Source of the DNA: an uncultured virus (IMG/VR IMGVR_UViG_3300033066_001236)
Lineage: Duplodnaviria; Heunggongvirae; Uroviricota; Caudoviricetes
Virus record (IMG/VR): IMGVR_UViG_3300033066_001236
Strand: one strand, 5' to 3'
DNA length: 64,000 nt
Below the pieces are notes generated by a model, which was given only the letters and a program-made list of their open reading frames with translations, had not been told where the DNA came from and did not search any database. How positions within the stretch are numbered: the first letter of the stretch is position 1; every line of letters starts with the position of its first letter. The position numbers were made by a program, and so were the translations under genes. Shown one piece after another: positions 61,625-64,000 of this stretch.

Positions 61625-62884
61625 TCAGCGCAAGTTGAGCTCGGGGATTTCTTCCCAATTCGAATTATCGTTGATGTCAGTCTTGATCTTCACTTGAGCC
61701 GTTTTCCGGGTCATCGCCTCTTTATCAGCGAAAGGCTTGAAGAGGTCTTTCGTGGGGGAGACGGGTTTGCTGGAAACTTCAGGAGGTAGGCCATTCGTCT
61801 CGAGATTCGCAATCTGAGTCTTCAAGTAATCCGAAATGGCTTGCTTCCTGATAGTCTCGGTTACCGCTTCAAGCATGGCCTTTGCTTTCGCTTCCGATTC
61901 CCTCTTTGCCTTTAGCTCTGTGTCGGCCTTTGCAATTTCCATGTTCTTCAAGAACGGCTGCACCGTTAGCTTGTTAAAGTCAACCAGGCTTCCGCCCATT
62001 GAGGCAGGGTACAAGGCTGTTATGGGAATATTGGGATACAGCGCTGAGAACTTCTCCTGGTTATAGGACCTTGTCCGAGCTATGTAGCCCCCGGTTATGT
62101 ACTCCGGAGTTGCACCATCGCCCAATGTAATGTTCAGCCTGGTGTACTTGATAGGCTGGGCATATATCAGGTTCTGAATTATTCCGAAGATACCGATCGC
62201 CATTGCACTGTTGATCGCCATTGTCTGGTCGAGATCCGCGCAACTCAGGGTGGTCTCCGCCTTCATATCCACGTAGTACTGCATATCTAGGGGTATGAAG
62301 GGAATATCGACGTCCCCCGGGAGACCTCTGGGCCAGGTAAGCAGGTCACGTGCAGTGAGGGAATCTATATCGGGTTTTTCCAGATGTGAGACCACGATCT
62401 GTCCGAAGTCGTTTTCATTCCCTGAGTCGATCAACATTATGTTTCGGACTCGGCCTCCTTGCTGGCTGTACATCAGTAGATTGCTCAGGATGTGACGACG
62501 CGCTTCCGGAGAGTCAACACACATGATCACCACAGAGTTGTTGATGTGTCTGCTAAACGCTGCCTCCATGTTGGGTTTGGTACCCATTGCTCGGAAAGCC
62601 TCGACTCTCTCGACAACAGGTATGATTGGGATGTTGAAGGCCCTGGAGTACCGTTGTGCCAACACAGTGGCCTTAGGTTTCCCCACGTCCGTTGCGATAA
62701 AGTTTTGGCGCAGGAGGTTCTTTTCCTCGACGACGTCGTCGTCAACAATGGTGATTTCCGGATTCAAGATCCATGCGCAGGTTTTCAGGAACTGGGCTAG
62801 CAGGGGGACCAAGCGGGAACCCGTGCCGCCACCGCCTATGATGAGGTACTTGTTGGGAATGTACGTAGAACGATAATTGATCAT
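61625..62884 (-). CDS. ThiF/E1-like adenylyltransferase (PRTRC-type)
   Basis: IIGGGGTGS, DDDVVEEKNLLRQNF, DVGKPKA, CVD, DSGN, SCA; promoter motif at 62934-62941. Confidence 0.88.
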   Translation of the reverse strand: MINYRSTYIPNKYLIIGGGGTGSRLVPLLAQFLKTCAWILNPEITIVDDDVVEEKNLLRQNFIATDVGKPKATVLAQRYSRAFNIPIIPVVERVEAFRAMGTKPNMEAAFSRHINNSVVIMCVDSPEARRHILSNLLMYSQQGGRVRNIMLIDSGNENDFGQIVVSHLEKPDIDSLTARDLLTWPRGLPGDVDIPFIPLDMQYYVDMKAETTLSCADLDQTMAINSAMAIGIFGIIQNLIYAQPIKYTRLNITLGDGATPEYITGGYIARTRSYNQEKFSALYPNIPITALYPASMGGSLVDFNKLTVQPFLKNMEIAKADTELKAKRESEAKAKAMLEAVTETIRKQAISDYLKTQIANLETNGLPPEVSSKPVSPTKDLFKPFADKEAMTRKTAQVKIKTDINDNSNWEEIPELNLR

Positions 62885-62965
62885 GGGATCCCTTGGGGTA
62901 AAAAGAAAGAGAAGGAGTACACTGTACTCCTCTCTTATACCGTAAATACGAGTTTTAACGAAAGG

Positions 62966-63946
62966 TTAGAAGCCGTTTGTTTGGAGTTTCATCTGGCCGT
63001 CCTCGCTCAGCATGTGATAGGCCGTCCGGATTATGTCCAGAAGTCCCTTGTCACAACCCTGCAGTTCAGGCAGGACGCTGTCTACTAACGAATAAGTATC
63101 GGCTACGGTTTTGCCGAACTCCATGAGAAACTCCTCATGAAAAGGGCTAGTATTCTCCGGAAAGGGGGAACCCAGGCGGGGCCCCACTGGATCTTGCTGT
63201 TCCTCCGGGTCGTCTTGCCCTTGTTGTGCTGCAATTACTGACGCGGCAATCGCTTCACCCAGAGTCTCCAGGTTTTCTGATTGCATATACGCCCCTCTCG
63301 CGATCACCGCAGTATCGGGTTCCGCGTCAGGATCTTGACCAACCGACTTGAGCCATGCTGTAAGCTTGGCGTCGTGCTCCTCTACTTCAGAAGGACCCAT
63401 TGGATCGATGAGATCCTGCAGCTTTTTTGCGACGTCCCGCTTTTCCGGAGCTTGCTGCGTCGTTCCGGCGGGACCTACGTTTTTTGGAGTCACCGACCCT
63501 TCGTAATTGTCTGCCATAGCTCCAGCCATATTTCCCCACACGTCTTCCATGTTTGGAAACATCGGGGCTGCCGGGCCACTGGCTCCACCCTCGCTGGTTT
63601 TGTTGGCGGCCGGAGTGCTCGGAGACCACTTAGCAGGGTTTTGGGGGGTAGCCCCTACCTGCATTCGATCCCGAAAGTACTGACCGTACTGGCTCAGGTT
63701 GGTGCCTTGATAACCCTGGTGGGTTTGCACCTCGACTTGGTCAAGCCATTCCGACGGTATGGTTACCTCCGTATTCATTTCAAAGATGTCCTTGAGGTCA
63801 ACCTTCGTCTTGTGGTCGTGCAGGTTGAATCTCATGGTCCATTCGTAGGCGTTGTCGGTGATCTTACCCACAACCCCTGAATAGTAAATCCCCGTTCTGT
63901 CGTTGTTGTCATCAGTGCCACTGAAGAAAGCGCCCATGGTGTTCAT
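62966..63946 (-). CDS. C-terminal part of a JAB-domain protein with a long acidic tail; HxH motif missing
   Basis: starts NTMGAFFSGTDD, the second half of the JAB HxH-x7-S-x2-D motif; adjacent to ThiF. Confidence 0.65.
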   Translation of the reverse strand: MNTMGAFFSGTDDNNDRTGIYYSGVVGKITDNAYEWTMRFNLHDHKTKVDLKDIFEMNTEVTIPSEWLDQVEVQTHQGYQGTNLSQYGQYFRDRMQVGATPQNPAKWSPSTPAANKTSEGGASGPAAPMFPNMEDVWGNMAGAMADNYEGSVTPKNVGPAGTTQQAPEKRDVAKKLQDLIDPMGPSEVEEHDAKLTAWLKSVGQDPDAEPDTAVIARGAYMQSENLETLGEAIAASVIAAQQGQDDPEEQQDPVGPRLGSPFPENTSPFHEEFLMEFGKTVADTYSLVDSVLPELQGCDKGLLDIIRTAYHMLSEDGQMKLQTNGF

Positions 63947-64000
63947 TTAGTTATGACTAATAATTTTAAAATTAGTCCTTGCTCTACTTAAAATACTAAG

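Noticed and set aside
63281..63880. 199-aa plus-strand ORF
   Set aside because: Antisense to the JAB-fragment gene with no recognisable features
1..64000. Stop-codon reassignment
   Set aside because: Conserved genes are intact under the standard code, and TAA, TGA and TAG all end genes (TAG at 681, 36998, 53729); no suppressor tRNA

Overview
64 kb segment of a large myovirus-type (contractile-tail) bacteriophage genome that encodes its own multisubunit RNA polymerase. Plus-strand blocks carry virion genes: probable portal, RNAP beta and split beta', probable prohead protease, many head proteins tagged with an NKYLEKIA or K-x-A motif, capsid, neck, sheath, tube and spike. These blocks follow a TAAAATA motif. 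Minus-strand islands carry accessory genes behind a TGGTATAAG motif: SNF2 helicase, DNA ligase, Prs-like and Nampt-like NAD genes, Thg1, NADAR, a nucleotidyltransferase, Ro60, a retron-type reverse transcriptase, six tandem paralogues, ThiF and a JAB fragment. Highlights: (1) four Y-RNA-like genes upstream of Ro60, two minimal and two with circularly permuted tRNA-like domains; (2) a retron-type RT followed by a separately promoted, highly structured ~235-nt RNA and overlapped by an upstream ORF; (3) a 1327-aa phosphoesterase/SNF2/ligase protein whose domain junctions fall at K-x-A motifs, suggesting a protease-processed virion cargo system. All calls come from reading motifs by eye; no database searches or folding programs were run.
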